Shown: positions 48,610 through 58,997 of the stretch, piece after piece
How the letters are laid out: every line of letters begins with the position of its first letter
Position numbering within the stretch: position 1 is the first letter of the stretch
Assembly: GCA_965214705.1 (NCBI GenBank)
Contig: OZ243972.1
Location: 1,088,001 to 1,152,000, forward strand
Reading direction: 5' to 3'
Length of the DNA stretch: 64,000 nt
DNA from: Alphaproteobacteria bacterium
Lineage (GTDB): Bacteria; Pseudomonadota; Alphaproteobacteria; UBA828
Notes under the pieces: generated by a model
Seen by the model: the letters and a program-made list of their open reading frames with translations, nothing else
The model's database searches: none
Told to the model about the DNA's origin: nothing
Program-made: the position numbers and the translations under genes

Positions 48610-48641
48610 CTGTGGTCCGCGTCCTTCGCGACTTAGCTGCA

Positions 48642-48656
48642 CATAACTCACCTATG
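48642..48656. promoter_or_regulatory. LysR-type recognition box
   Basis: CATA-N7-TATG dyad 33 nt upstream of the LysR start. Confidence 0.45.
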
Positions 48657-49241
48657 CATGTGGCAACCATGGCAAAATTCGTCCAGAAAGGAATTCTAAC
48701 GCTCTCGATAAGAAGCTCTTATGAATTTACCTGAGGTTACGGACATATTGTTTGATAATCTTCGCATAATAATGATCGAGTCCTTGAATTTCTGCATCGA
48801 TAATGTCAGTCGGACGATTGGCATGACGACTTGGTAGGTTGGCATATCCGATTTGCGTGTAAATGGATATACCACTAATATTGTTTGATTTTTGACAATG
48901 ATGCGTGGGAGTGAAGAGGAGGAATTCGACAGTTGCCGTGGCTTCCCGGGATCGATCTCGCAGAAAAATTTATGGTCTTGAACGTTAGAGATAGCTCAAG
49001 AGGCGTTCATGATAACGGGCACATGGTGAGCGGCTCCCAAAATCAAAACGTCGCTACTATGCTCATCAGGCATGTGCTTTTCTTAAGGGCGTATCCCACA
49101 CACATCAACGGGGTGGTGCGCTTCTCGCCGGGCGCGCGCAAATATCATCTTGCATCGCACGTCGTCGACTTGGCGAAGATCCGGCGGCGATGTCTCGCGA
49201 GGGCAACCGGCAAGGAGCGGCGCGCCGCCCCGCGGTGCGTT

Positions 49242-50171
49242 CTACTCTTCGTCCTGGGACGACGCACTTTGCTCCAAGAACGAGAGACAGAGCCGTGCGA
49301 TGGGTCTGACGCGACCCTGGTCCGTGAGCGCGGCGCAAAAGTGATTGTCGCGTTCGATATAGCCATCGCCGAGCGCGACCAGGGCGCCGGTTTCGAGATG
49401 CTGATCGACGAAGTTTTTCCAGCCGAGCGCGATGCCCTGCCCCTCGACAGCCGCCTCAAGCGAATAGACGTAATTGTCAAAGCTCACGAACCGAGGCGAG
49501 GGCTCGGGGCGCCCAGCGGCTTGAAACCAGTCCTCCCACGACGCCCAGTTCTCACTAGCGCTGCCAGGTTCGAGAAACGAGAGACCACTCCAGCCGCTCA
49601 CGGGGCCATTCAGCGTATCCGAATGGGTTGCAGCGTATTCGGGGGCACAGACCGGCCTCACCGCTTCCGCAAAAAGCACCACTGCGCCTTCCCCTCGAAT
49701 GGTGGCCTCCCAGTCCAGAACTACGTCGGGAACCGAATCGAGTGGCAGGTTCTGCGAGTAACGATGAAAAATTACGGTTTGAATTTGAGTGCGCTCGCCG
49801 AGTGCTTCGCGCAGCGCATTGTGTCGCGGTCTCAGCACGTAGTGCGACACCGGGTTGGAACACGCGATCACCACTCGTTCGCCCGATGAAGCCTCGGCGA
49901 TCTCGGAGGTGGCCTTGTCGATCATACCGAGCGCAGGGGCGACGCCTGTATGGAAGCGCCGTCCGGCTTCGGTCAGCTTCACTCCGGTTCGGGATCGTTC
50001 GAACAGCTTGGCGCCATTCTTCTCTTCGAGGTTTGCGATATGGCGACTGATTGCGGGTTGCGATGTGCCCAGCTCCTTGGCCGCTCCGGCGAAACTGCCG
50101 GTCCGCGCGGCGCATTCGAAGGCGATGAGGGCCGCCGTCGGTGGGATTCGATAGGGACTGGACTTAGGCAT
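49242..50171 (-). CDS. LysR-family regulator (GcvA-like)
   Basis: PPTAALIAFECAARTGSFAGAAKELGTSQPAISRHI, EAAVEGQGIALGW. Confidence 0.92.
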   Translation of the reverse strand: MPKSSPYRIPPTAALIAFECAARTGSFAGAAKELGTSQPAISRHIANLEEKNGAKLFERSRTGVKLTEAGRRFHTGVAPALGMIDKATSEIAEASSGERVVIACSNPVSHYVLRPRHNALREALGERTQIQTVIFHRYSQNLPLDSVPDVVLDWEATIRGEGAVVLFAEAVRPVCAPEYAATHSDTLNGPVSGWSGLSFLEPGSASENWASWEDWFQAAGRPEPSPRFVSFDNYVYSLEAAVEGQGIALGWKNFVDQHLETGALVALGDGYIERDNHFCAALTDQGRVRPIARLCLSFLEQSASSQDEE

Positions 50172-50320
50172 AACGTAATCGATACAAGCATAATCCAAGA
50201 AGCGCAACGTACTTTGGGAAAGCTATGCTTGGGGAGATCAAATATATAACTAAAAATTATACACATACGTGAAGAAGAGCACCCATGAAATATGCTGAAA
50301 TACATAGTAATATAACTTAA

Positions 50321-50596
50321 GTGAATGTATCCTGCGCAGACTTCTATACCGAGGCGATCGACATCCCCGTCCTGCCGATGCTCGCCAAGCGGCTCTTCTT
50401 CAAGTTCCACAGCCTGTACGACACGATGCGCCTGCCGGAGAAGCGTGCCGCCTGCTTCGCTTTCGTGCATGACGAGTTGGCCTCCGGCGCGTCGAGGCCG
50501 ATCATCGACCGGACCTTCCCGCTCGAGCAGATCGCGGGTGCGCCTCGCTACATGGAAACCAACACGCAGCGCGGCAAGATCGTGGTTACGACCTGA
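50321..50596 (+). pseudogene. C-terminal fragment of a zinc-type alcohol dehydrogenase/quinone oxidoreductase
   Basis: RPIIDRTFPLEQIAGAPRYMETNTQRGKIVVT is the MDR C-terminus; N-terminal two thirds absent; abrupt GC rise near 50330. Confidence 0.75.
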
Positions 50597-50650
50597 CCTG
50601 CGCCGAGACCCGTTCTCTCACAGCGGTCGCGGCGACAAGTCGGACGCGCT

Positions 50651-51136
50651 CTACGTCTCGAACGCCAGATCGGCGGGAGAAATCAGCACGCCGAACTGAA
50701 TGCACCAGATGACGACGCTCGGATACTCCTTCAGATCGACACCCTTGGGGATGGGATATTTCTGGCTGCCCTCGAACGCGCGCAATTTGCCAAGGTCGAT
50801 GTACATCGTCGACTTGACGTCGGAAGATTCACGGATTTCTTCGCGCGGGACGAGATAGACGTGAAAGGCGGGTCCCGGTCCAACTTTGAAGTCCTCCTCA
50901 AGGAATACCAGCTCTTCATAGACCGTAACCCGCCCCTCACCGTAGTGGATCGGGTCCGAGGGATTTGCGTGAATAAACGTGCCTTGAGCGACGACGTCGG
51001 TCTGCTCTTCGGCCGTGAGAGTCTCCATCGCAGGCGGCGGCGGAAACACGTAAGGAAATATGAAGAAGCCAACGGCCACGCCGAAGGCCGTACCCAAGAC
51101 GCCCCCAATGAAGAAGGCGATAATCCATTTCCGCAT
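50651..51136 (-). CDS. DM13-domain membrane-anchored protein
   Basis: N-terminal TM, GPGPAFHVYL, DLGKLRAFEGSQKYPIP, VVIWC..F; AGGAGG RBS. Confidence 0.85.
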   Translation of the reverse strand: MRKWIIAFFIGGVLGTAFGVAVGFFIFPYVFPPPPAMETLTAEEQTDVVAQGTFIHANPSDPIHYGEGRVTVYEELVFLEEDFKVGPGPAFHVYLVPREEIRESSDVKSTMYIDLGKLRAFEGSQKYPIPKGVDLKEYPSVVIWCIQFGVLISPADLAFET

Positions 51137-51602
51137 CGTCACCTCCTGCGGTGATCGTTGCTACGGGTTCGCCCAGTTCGGCTCGGGCATTCAGCTAGAT
51201 AGGCGCGCATGATAGGTCGTGATTGCCGAAGCATACAGGCAAGAGATCGTGCATGAATTGGTAACCGAAGATCACTCGTATAGAGAGTGGTTCTGCGCCT
51301 CTGCGCTTTCAAGGGGTGGCATCCCGCAGGCACCCTAGTTTCTGGTTGACTACCGGTCGCCGCCGAGGCTTCCTCGACTGGCACCCGTCGCCGCCTTTCG
51401 CCTCGCGCCCCGATCATCGCCCCGCCGATGTTGTTATGGGCATGATGCGATGCAGTGTCGCAAGCGCGGTGTTATTATCATCTTTGCCAGCTGCACCCAT
51501 CCCGAGGTCCTTGTACGACCTGCTGCGGACCGCAGCGACGAGAGCGGCGGCGACTGACCGGGTTAATCGGTTTGCTGCGCCACGCCAGAGGGAGGACGAC
51601 CA

Positions 51603-52808
51603 ATGGACAAGACCAACTCGAAATCGAATTCTGTGCCACACCAGAAGCGCCGCGTGTCGCGGCGAAACGTGCTCAAGGGCGCCGCGGCGTTGACGGCCGC
51701 CGGATTCACCTGGAAGAGCATCGGTCCTTTCGTGCGTGACGCGGAGGCGGCGACGCTGGAGCTGCGCTGGCTCGGCTGGGAGCACTACAACGTCAAGAGC
51801 CTGACCGCCGAGTTCGAGAACCGGCACGACGTCAAGATCAGCGCCGGGTTTTTCGACGGCAATTCCGAAGCCTGGAACAAGCTGCGCGCCGGCGGCACCC
51901 AGGATTTCGACCTGGTGATGGCGGACGGCTTCTGGCCGCGCCTCTATGCCAAGCAGGGTCTGGTACAGGCGGTCGACTATTCGAAGCTGGACCTGAGCAA
52001 CGTCTTCGACGACTTCGTGCCGCCAAAGTTCACGTTGCTGCGTGCCGAGGACAGCGAGGACATGATCGCCGCACCGAACTGCTGGGGCGGATATGGCTTC
52101 ACCGTCAACACCGACAAGGTTGCGGCCGAGGATCAGGAATCGGTGAACCTCCTGTTCAACGAGAAGTACGAGGGGCATCTCTCGACCAGCGCGCGCTTCG
52201 AGGAGAACATCGCGCTGGCCGGCATCCTCGCCGCGCACAACATGGGCACGCAGGACAGCCCGCGGCCTGATGGCAAGAGCTTCAATCCTTACGTGCTATC
52301 GGATGAGGAACTCGAAGAGTGCAAGCGCCTCCTGATCAAGCAGAAGGGGCTGCTGGTCAATCGCTGGAACGACGAGGACACGCTGGAGCGGCTACTGCGC
52401 GCCCAGGTGGTGTGGGCATCGCCCGAGTGGTCCGGCATCTACCGGCGTATTCACTTCGACAAGCTGGACGGCAATTCGGATCTCAACATGCGTCACGTCC
52501 TCAAGCCTACGGAAGGTGGGCTCGGCTGGGTGGACCAGTGGTCCATCACATCGGGCGTGACCGACAGCGAGAAGCTGGAGATCGCGCACAAGTGGATCGA
52601 CTTCCGGCTCGAGCGCGAGGCCATGAAGACGGTGGCGGTCGAAATCGGCTGGGCGCCCACGGTCGACGTTCGCGACATGCTGCCGGAGCGCTACGTTGAC
52701 ACCCTGTTCCTGAATGAGACCGAGTCAATCCACGGGCTCTATCAGTTCGATGCGCCCTCCTCGCCTGAGAAGTGGGAGCGCATCTGGTCGGCAGTGGAAG
52801 CGGCCTAA
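51603..52808 (+). CDS. Tat-exported ABC substrate-binding protein (PotD/PotF-like)
   Basis: SRRNVLK twin-arginine signal, LGWEHY, KLRAGG, EGGLGWVD, AHKWIDF. Confidence 0.85.
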   Translation: MDKTNSKSNSVPHQKRRVSRRNVLKGAAALTAAGFTWKSIGPFVRDAEAATLELRWLGWEHYNVKSLTAEFENRHDVKISAGFFDGNSEAWNKLRAGGTQDFDLVMADGFWPRLYAKQGLVQAVDYSKLDLSNVFDDFVPPKFTLLRAEDSEDMIAAPNCWGGYGFTVNTDKVAAEDQESVNLLFNEKYEGHLSTSARFEENIALAGILAAHNMGTQDSPRPDGKSFNPYVLSDEELEECKRLLIKQKGLLVNRWNDEDTLERLLRAQVVWASPEWSGIYRRIHFDKLDGNSDLNMRHVLKPTEGGLGWVDQWSITSGVTDSEKLEIAHKWIDFRLEREAMKTVAVEIGWAPTVDVRDMLPERYVDTLFLNETESIHGLYQFDAPSSPEKWERIWSAVEAA

Positions 52809-52852
52809 GCCGGAAAAGAATTGAGTGGAACGAACTCACCACAACACGGTGC

Positions 52853-52884
52853 AGAGGGATCGGACCCAACGGTCCGGTCCCTCT
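52853..52884 (+). terminator. Intercistronic stem-loop after the binding-protein gene
   Basis: 14-bp stem AGAGGGATCGGACC-caac-GGTCCGGTCCCTCT. Confidence 0.55.
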
Positions 52885-52970
52885 CTTGCTATGGTGGCAC
52901 GTCTTGCCGGATCGCGGCCTAGGGACGCGCGGCGCATAGCAGCGCTGACGATAGCGGGAGTCTGGGCGGG

Positions 52971-54065
52971 ATGAGCGACCAGGCAATCTTGCGCATCGAG
53001 GCGGTCGAGAAGTGCTTTGGCGCGGTTCGCGCGGTCGACGGCGTGAGCCTCGAGGTCGGCCGCCGCGAGTTTTTTGCGCTGCTGGGGCCCAGCGGTTCGG
53101 GCAAGACCACGCTGTTGCGCATCGTTTCCGGCCTGGAGGCGCCCGATCGCGGTCGGGTGGAGATCGGCGGCACGGACGTGACCAGGCTGCCGCCCTATCT
53201 GCGCCGCATCGGCATGGTGTTCCAGGACTTCCTTCTGTTCCCGCACCGCACGGTGGCGGAGAACATCACGTTTCCGCTCAAGATGCAGGGCCGGAACGCG
53301 GCCGAGCGAGAGGAACAGCTCGACTGGATACTCGGGTTTGTCCGCATGGAAGGGCTGGGGGACCGCTTCCCCCATCAACTCTCGGGCGGGCAGAAGCAAC
53401 GCGTCGCGCTCGCGCGCGGGCTGGTCTCGCGGCCCGAGCTTCTGCTGCTCGACGAGCCGTTGGCCAACCTCGATCGCGAGCTGCGCAAGGAGATGGAAAT
53501 CGAGGTGCGTCGCTACCAGGAGGAGCTCGGCATCCCCTTCGTCTACGTGACGCACAACCAGGAAGAGGCGCTCACCATGAGCGACCGCATGGCGGTGATG
53601 CATCAGGGCGTGCTGGAGCAGATCGGACCCAAGCTGGAGGTCTACAACGCGCCGGCTACGCGGTTCGTCGCCTCCTTCGTCGGTGCGCCGAACAAGCTCT
53701 CCGGGCGCGTGATCGAGGGCGAAGGCGCGCGCCTCTGCATCGACTGGGACGGCATCACGCTGATCGGACGTTCCGTCGGCGACGCCCGGCCGGGCGATGC
53801 GGTGGAGATTTATCTCAAGAGTGAACGGATCGCGCTCAGCGCTTCGGCAGATGGCATCCATCACGAGAACCGGATCGAAGGGACGGTGCGCGACATCATC
53901 TTCAAGGGCCAGTTCGCTGACTACATCGTGCGCGCCGGTAACGAGGCGGAGCTGGTCGTGAGCGGGCCGCCCAGCATCGCCGGCGTCGACCGTGGCTCCC
54001 CCGTGAGCCTGGGCTGGGCGGTCGAGGCGGCCGACGTGTTCTTGGCCGGGGACGGCGCGCCGTGA
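52971..54065 (+). CDS. Polyamine-type ABC transporter ATPase (PotA-like)
   Basis: [39 protein letters not shown]-like tail. Confidence 0.92.
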   Translation: MSDQAILRIEAVEKCFGAVRAVDGVSLEVGRREFFALLGPSGSGKTTLLRIVSGLEAPDRGRVEIGGTDVTRLPPYLRRIGMVFQDFLLFPHRTVAENITFPLKMQGRNAAEREEQLDWILGFVRMEGLGDRFPHQLSGGQKQRVALARGLVSRPELLLLDEPLANLDRELRKEMEIEVRRYQEELGIPFVYVTHNQEEALTMSDRMAVMHQGVLEQIGPKLEVYNAPATRFVASFVGAPNKLSGRVIEGEGARLCIDWDGITLIGRSVGDARPGDAVEIYLKSERIALSASADGIHHENRIEGTVRDIIFKGQFADYIVRAGNEAELVVSGPPSIAGVDRGSPVSLGWAVEAADVFLAGDGAP

Positions 54066-54943
54066 AGGGGCGTCGAGCGCTCCTGCTCGATCCGCGCGTC
54101 CGCTTTGCGACGCTGGTAGGGCCGGGCGCGCTCTTCATCGTCCTCTTCCTGCTGATACCGCTGCTCTCGATCGTGGTCTTCAGCTTCTGGCGGACCGAGA
54201 GCTACGAGCTGATTTCCGACTGGAACGTGAACAACTACGAGGCGGTCCTGGGCGAATGGATCTACCTCAAGTTCCTGCTGAAATCACTCGCCATGGCCGC
54301 CGCGGTCTCCGCCATCTGCCTCGTTTATGCCTGGCCCTGTGCGTACCTGATTGCCAAGCACGGCGGCCGCTACAAGCTGGTCCTCGTGCTCCTCACAGCA
54401 GCCCCGTTCCTGACGGGAATCCTGCTACGAATTACCGCGATGCAGCAGATCTTGGGGCCAATCGGGCTGGTCAACATGGCGCTGATGGAGCTGGGTGCGC
54501 AGCCGATCCAGGTGCTGATGTACACCAACATCGCCAGCGCAGTGGGTCTGATTTATCTCTGGATCCCCTTCATGCTGCTGGCGATCTACCTCTCCCTCTT
54601 CAACTTCAACTTCGAACTGCTGGAAGTGGCGAAGGTGAACGGCGCAAGACCGTGGCGGGCGTTCTTCGAGGTGACGTGGCCGCTCAACTGGATGGGAACT
54701 GCGATCGGGATCGTGCTGGTCTTCATTCCCACCTTCGCCGCGTCCGTGACGCCGCGCTTCCTGGGCGGGCCCGACGGCTCGATGTTCGTCAACCGTCTCG
54801 AACATCAATTCGGATCCGCCGGCACGTGGGCATTGGGCTCAGCCATGGGGGTGGTGATGTGCGTGGCCTCGCTCGCCGTCATCTTCGTGCTGTGGCGTAC
54901 GGTCCGGCTGCGCCGGGCGGGATTCACGGGCGCAGGGGCCTGA
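54062..54943 (+). CDS. Polyamine-type ABC permease (PotB-like)
   Basis: TM helices, LLEVAKVNGA EAA-like loop, PRFLGGP. Confidence 0.88.
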   Translation: MKGRRALLLDPRVRFATLVGPGALFIVLFLLIPLLSIVVFSFWRTESYELISDWNVNNYEAVLGEWIYLKFLLKSLAMAAAVSAICLVYAWPCAYLIAKHGGRYKLVLVLLTAAPFLTGILLRITAMQQILGPIGLVNMALMELGAQPIQVLMYTNIASAVGLIYLWIPFMLLAIYLSLFNFNFELLEVAKVNGARPWRAFFEVTWPLNWMGTAIGIVLVFIPTFAASVTPRFLGGPDGSMFVNRLEHQFGSAGTWALGSAMGVVMCVASLAVIFVLWRTVRLRRAGFTGAGA

Positions 54944-54944
54944 C

Positions 54945-55763
54945 ATGGCCGCGGTGAATCCAGGCGCGCGCTTCGTGATCGGCGGCCAGACCGCGATGCT
55001 GCTGGCGCTCTACCTGTTCCTCTACTTCCCCATCTTCTACATCGGCTACCTCTCGATCATGGAGAATAACGTGTGGCCGTTCCCGCCGGTCTTCACCGGG
55101 GAGTGGTACGACCGCCTCATGATCATGAGCGACTTTCACGTGGGGCTTTTAAACAGCGTGCTCATCGGTGTCGGCACGGCCTCGCTTTCCACGCTGTTCG
55201 CCACGGCCGCCGCGATCGGAATCCTGCGCTATCCGATCCGGCGCCGGGGGGTGATCGTCGTCCTGTTTCTTGCGCCGCTCTTCGTCGCCCAGATCCTGAT
55301 CGGGATCTCGACCCTGATGTTCAATCGCAACGTGCTCGGGATTCCAGGCAACATCGAATCGGCGATTGTGGCCAACACGGCCTACAGCGTGTCGTTCGCG
55401 TTCCTCGTAATCCTGGCGCAGCTCGTGCGCTACGACTGGCGCTTCGACGAGGTCGCCCAGGTGTTCGGCGCGCGGCCGTTTCGCACCTTTCGGGAAGTCA
55501 CGTTCCCCAACATCTGGCCGGCCGTGCTCGGCGCCTTCATCATCAGCTTCATTCTGGGCTTCAACAACTTCGAGATCACGTTCTACAACGTGGCTGCGAT
55601 CCCGACGCTCCCCACCATCGCCTGGGGAACGCTGCGCCACGGAATCGAGCCGGAGCTTTATGCGCTGGCCACCATCGTGAACGCGCTGGTCTTCTTGCTC
55701 CTTTTCATCATCTATCTGCTGATCCGCGTCGGCGCGCTCCGTCTCGGCGTGCCCGACGACTGA
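54945..55763 (+). CDS. Polyamine-type ABC permease (PotC-like)
   Basis: YLFLYFPI, DEVAQVFGA, TLPT..LRHGIEPELYA. Confidence 0.88.
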   Translation: MAAVNPGARFVIGGQTAMLLALYLFLYFPIFYIGYLSIMENNVWPFPPVFTGEWYDRLMIMSDFHVGLLNSVLIGVGTASLSTLFATAAAIGILRYPIRRRGVIVVLFLAPLFVAQILIGISTLMFNRNVLGIPGNIESAIVANTAYSVSFAFLVILAQLVRYDWRFDEVAQVFGARPFRTFREVTFPNIWPAVLGAFIISFILGFNNFEITFYNVAAIPTLPTIAWGTLRHGIEPELYALATIVNALVFLLLFIIYLLIRVGALRLGVPDD

Positions 55764-55777
55764 ACCTTGTTGCTGGC

Positions 55778-56896
55778 TTACGCCGGCAAGCGATAGTCGC
55801 GGATGACGTCCGGGTCGGGCTCGGCACCGAGGCCGGGACCGGTGGGGATGCGGAAGTGGCCATTCTCGTCCGGTGAAACGAACTCCGGATAGAGCGTCGC
55901 CTCAAGCCGCGTATAGAAGCGCTCGGCCCAGCCCCCGCCGGGGCGCCCGGTGAGCGGCATCGCCCCGAAAAGCTGCAGGGTCGCGAGCCAGCCGGGGCCG
56001 AAGTAGGGCGAGTGCGGCATTACCGTCACGCTGTAACCCTCGGCCAGCGCGAGCACCTTGAGGAACTCGGTGATGCCGCCCACTTTGGTCACGCTGGGCT
56101 GCACGTAGCGCACCGCGCCGGCATCCAGCATCCGGCGAAACTCGAATGCGGTGCAGGCATTCTCCCCGCAGGCGAGATCGATGCCCGACTCCTGCTGCAG
56201 CCGCGCCAGCGCCCCAAAGTCCTCCGGTGGGAAGATGGGCTCCTCCAACCAGTAGAGGTCGTAGGGTTTGAACCGTTCCGCCATCGCGCGCGCCTCGGCC
56301 GGCGTCCACGGGCAGTTCGTGTCCGTGCAGAGCGGCATGTCGGCGCCCATTGCTTCGCGCGCCGCCGCGATCTCAGGCTCGCCCGTCTCGTGGAGCTTGA
56401 TGGCGGGGTAGCCCTCGTCGAGGGCGGCGCGTACGGTCGCAGCGACCAGTTCCCGGTCCCGGTACTTGAGCAGGCTCGCGTAGCCGGGGACCAGCGGCGG
56501 TGTGGCGGGCCCGCCGAGGAGTTGTGCCAGCGGCAGCCCCGCCCTCTTGCCCGCGAGGTCCCAGAGCGCGATGTCGATGGCGGAGATGCCGAACATGGTG
56601 ATGCCGTAGCGGCCAAAGAGATGCAGCGCCTGCTGCAGCTCTCGGTTGAGCGAGGCGATGCCCGTAGCGTCTCGCCCGATCAGGATCGGCGCCACCGTCG
56701 AGTCGATAACCGCCTGGAGCGCCGACATGCAGTTGTAGCTGAAGCCTTCGCCCCAGCCGGTGGCACCGTCCTCGGTCTCGACCCGCACCAGGAGGATGCT
56801 GAGCCCTTGCCACGCCTGCCCACCCCAGGCCGGCGGCGGGCCGCCGTGATCGTGGGGGATGGCGAGGGGGATGGTTTCGATGCGGGTAATCTTCAT
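55778..56896 (-). CDS. Mandelate racemase/muconate lactonizing enzyme family
   Basis: GWGE, SAIDIALWDL, KLH, DTN, WLEEP, GEN, PTGPGLG. Confidence 0.9.
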   Translation of the reverse strand: MKITRIETIPLAIPHDHGGPPPAWGGQAWQGLSILLVRVETEDGATGWGEGFSYNCMSALQAVIDSTVAPILIGRDATGIASLNRELQQALHLFGRYGITMFGISAIDIALWDLAGKRAGLPLAQLLGGPATPPLVPGYASLLKYRDRELVAATVRAALDEGYPAIKLHETGEPEIAAAREAMGADMPLCTDTNCPWTPAEARAMAERFKPYDLYWLEEPIFPPEDFGALARLQQESGIDLACGENACTAFEFRRMLDAGAVRYVQPSVTKVGGITEFLKVLALAEGYSVTVMPHSPYFGPGWLATLQLFGAMPLTGRPGGGWAERFYTRLEATLYPEFVSPDENGHFRIPTGPGLGAEPDPDVIRDYRLPA

Positions 56897-56929
56897 GGGT
56901 GTATCCCGAATGCGCGCTGTCGCGGTTGG

Positions 56930-57655
56930 TCAGGGCAAGTCGCCGATCAAGTCGCGGATGTGGCCCGGCGGCGGTGGCGGCAGCGCGACGCCGAAGCGGC
57001 GCTTCAGCGCGTCGGCAATGAGCTCGAAGCAGGCGCCGTAGCGCACGACCTCAAAAGTCTCCAAGTCGAGCAGAGTCGATGAGGCCCGATACAGGTGATA
57101 GAGGCGAAGCCCATGGTCGATGACGATGTCGGCGATCGCGATCAACTCGGGCTCGATGTCCTCGACCCGGAACTTCGTGCCGGAGAGCGAGAGGTTCGCC
57201 GACGAGCCGAACAGCGGATGCTGCGCCCCGCGACTGAGCCGCGTGATCGCCGCGTGGAAGGGGCCCGCGTTGAGCAGCATCAGCACGGTGCCGGCGCTGG
57301 TGGAGGCGGCGAGCGCGTCCGGCTCCATCTTGCGCAGGATGGGGTGATCCATGCGCGCTGGCGCAATGGCGCCGAGCGGCAGGTCAAGGTCTTCGATCAG
57401 GGTGCTGGCGACGTCCCACCCCTTCTGATCGAGCACGTGAAGCTCGCGGTGCAGGGCCATGTCGCCGAGCATCGCGTTCAGCTTCGACGGCGCGCGCCGC
57501 TTGGTCTCGAAGATCGTCTTCAGCGCCGCGGCCGACCCGCCGATGGCGGAATAGCCGACGCTCATGGGCAGAATGGCGATCCCACCCTGCTCCAGAACGG
57601 CGAAGGCCCGCTCGGCGTCGTGCTGAACGTCGGGTCTTCCCTCCACAGCCGGCAT
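56930..57655 (-). CDS. Divergent Sua5/YrdC (TsaC-like) protein
   Basis: GGIAILP..VGY, IFETKRR..K, GSSANLS, SSTLLD, VVRYGA. Confidence 0.75.
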   Translation of the reverse strand: MPAVEGRPDVQHDAERAFAVLEQGGIAILPMSVGYSAIGGSAAALKTIFETKRRAPSKLNAMLGDMALHRELHVLDQKGWDVASTLIEDLDLPLGAIAPARMDHPILRKMEPDALAASTSAGTVLMLLNAGPFHAAITRLSRGAQHPLFGSSANLSLSGTKFRVEDIEPELIAIADIVIDHGLRLYHLYRASSTLLDLETFEVVRYGACFELIADALKRRFGVALPPPPPGHIRDLIGDLP

Positions 57656-57676
57656 TGGCTCGCGCGTCGCGCGTGT

Positions 57677-58078
57677 TCAGCTCCCGTGCGTGCCCAACTC
57701 GATCAGCTCGACCTTGTAGCCGTCCGGGTCCTCCACGAAGGCGATCACCGTGGTCCCGCCTTTCACCGGCCCCGCCTCGCGCGTGATGTTGCCGCCCGCT
57801 TCCCGGATCCGCTCGCAGGTTTCGGCGACATTGTCCACGCCGAGCGCGATGTGCCCGTAGGCGGAGCCGAGGTCGTAGTCCGACACGCCGTGGTTGTAGG
57901 TCAGCTCCAGCTCGGCCTCGCCGTTCTTGTTGCCGCCGTTGAAGGCGACGAAGGCAAGCGAATACCCCTGGTCGGGCCGCTCGGTGGTGCGCAGCAGGTC
58001 CATGCCGACGACCTTGGTGTAGAAATCGACGGAGCGCTGCATATCGCCCACGCGGAGCATGGTGTGAAGAAGCTGCAT
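57677..58078 (-). CDS. gloA: Lactoylglutathione lyase (glyoxalase I)
   Basis: [48 protein letters not shown]. Confidence 0.95.
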   Translation of the reverse strand: MQLLHTMLRVGDMQRSVDFYTKVVGMDLLRTTERPDQGYSLAFVAFNGGNKNGEAELELTYNHGVSDYDLGSAYGHIALGVDNVAETCERIREAGGNITREAGPVKGGTTVIAFVEDPDGYKVELIELGTHGS

Positions 58079-58178
58079 GGTCATTCTCCCTGGATGGCGG
58101 CGCGGCAGAGTATGCGATCGGGCGTGCGGACCGCCAGCCCGTTTCGTCTCGCCAGGCTGTCTCGCTCCCGTGATGTCC

Positions 58179-58997
58179 TCAGTTTGCGTGCAGGACGGCG
58201 TTCAAGAACTGCTGCGTCCGTTCCCGCTCGGGGTTCTCGAACAACTTGGTCGGCGTTCCCTGCTCTTCAATAGCCCCGTCGAAGAAGAAGCAGACGCGGT
58301 CTGAGATTTCCTTGGCGAAACCCATCTGGTGGGTGACCATCAGCATGGTGAGGTTGTGGGTGTCCACCAGGTGCTTGATCACGCTGGTCACCTCGCTGAT
58401 GACCTCGGGGTCCAGCGCCGACGTCACCTCGTCGAAGAGCATGACCTTGGGTCGCATCGCGAGCGCCCGGGCAATGGCGACCCGCTGTTGCTGCCCGCCG
58501 GAGAGGCGAGAGGGATGCTGATCGCGCTTCTCGATCATCCCGACCATGTCGAGCAGCTCGAGCGAGCGCTCCTCCGCCTCCTTGCGAGACAAACCCAAGA
58601 CCTGTACGGGCCCCTCCATGCAATTGCCGAGCGCCGTCATGTGCGGGAACAGGTTGAAGTGCTGGAAGCACATGCCGATCTTGCTGCGGATACGGCGGAG
58701 GTGCGCCGAACTTGCCGGTACGAGCCGTCCGTTGCGTTCCATGTGGGTCAGCGGCTCCCCCTCGACGTAGATGACGCCGTCGTCGATGGTCTCGAGAGTC
58801 ATCAACATGCGCAGAACTGTCGTCTTGCCGGAGCCCGAGGGGCCGATGATCGTGACCATTTCGCCGGCGGAAACGTCGATGTCGAGCTGGTTCAGGACGA
58901 CGAGTGAGCCGTATCTCTTGGTCACGTTCTGAAACCTGACCATCGGGATGCCGTCGCCTTCCAGGCTCAACGGGTAGCTCTCCATGCTCACGCTCAT
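58179..58997 (-). CDS. ehuA: Ectoine/hydroxyectoine-type ABC ATPase
   Basis: [40 protein letters not shown]. Confidence 0.82.
   Translation of the reverse strand: MSVSMESYPLSLEGDGIPMVRFQNVTKRYGSLVVLNQLDIDVSAGEMVTIIGPSGSGKTTVLRMLMTLETIDDGVIYVEGEPLTHMERNGRLVPASSAHLRRIRSKIGMCFQHFNLFPHMTALGNCMEGPVQVLGLSRKEAEERSLELLDMVGMIEKRDQHPSRLSGGQQQRVAIARALAMRPKVMLFDEVTSALDPEVISEVTSVIKHLVDTHNLTMLMVTHQMGFAKEISDRVCFFFDGAIEEQGTPTKLFENPERERTQQFLNAVLHAN

Noticed and set aside
52895-52907. TGGCAC..TTGC sigma54-like motif before the PotA-like gene
   Set aside because: Spacing is 2 nt too short
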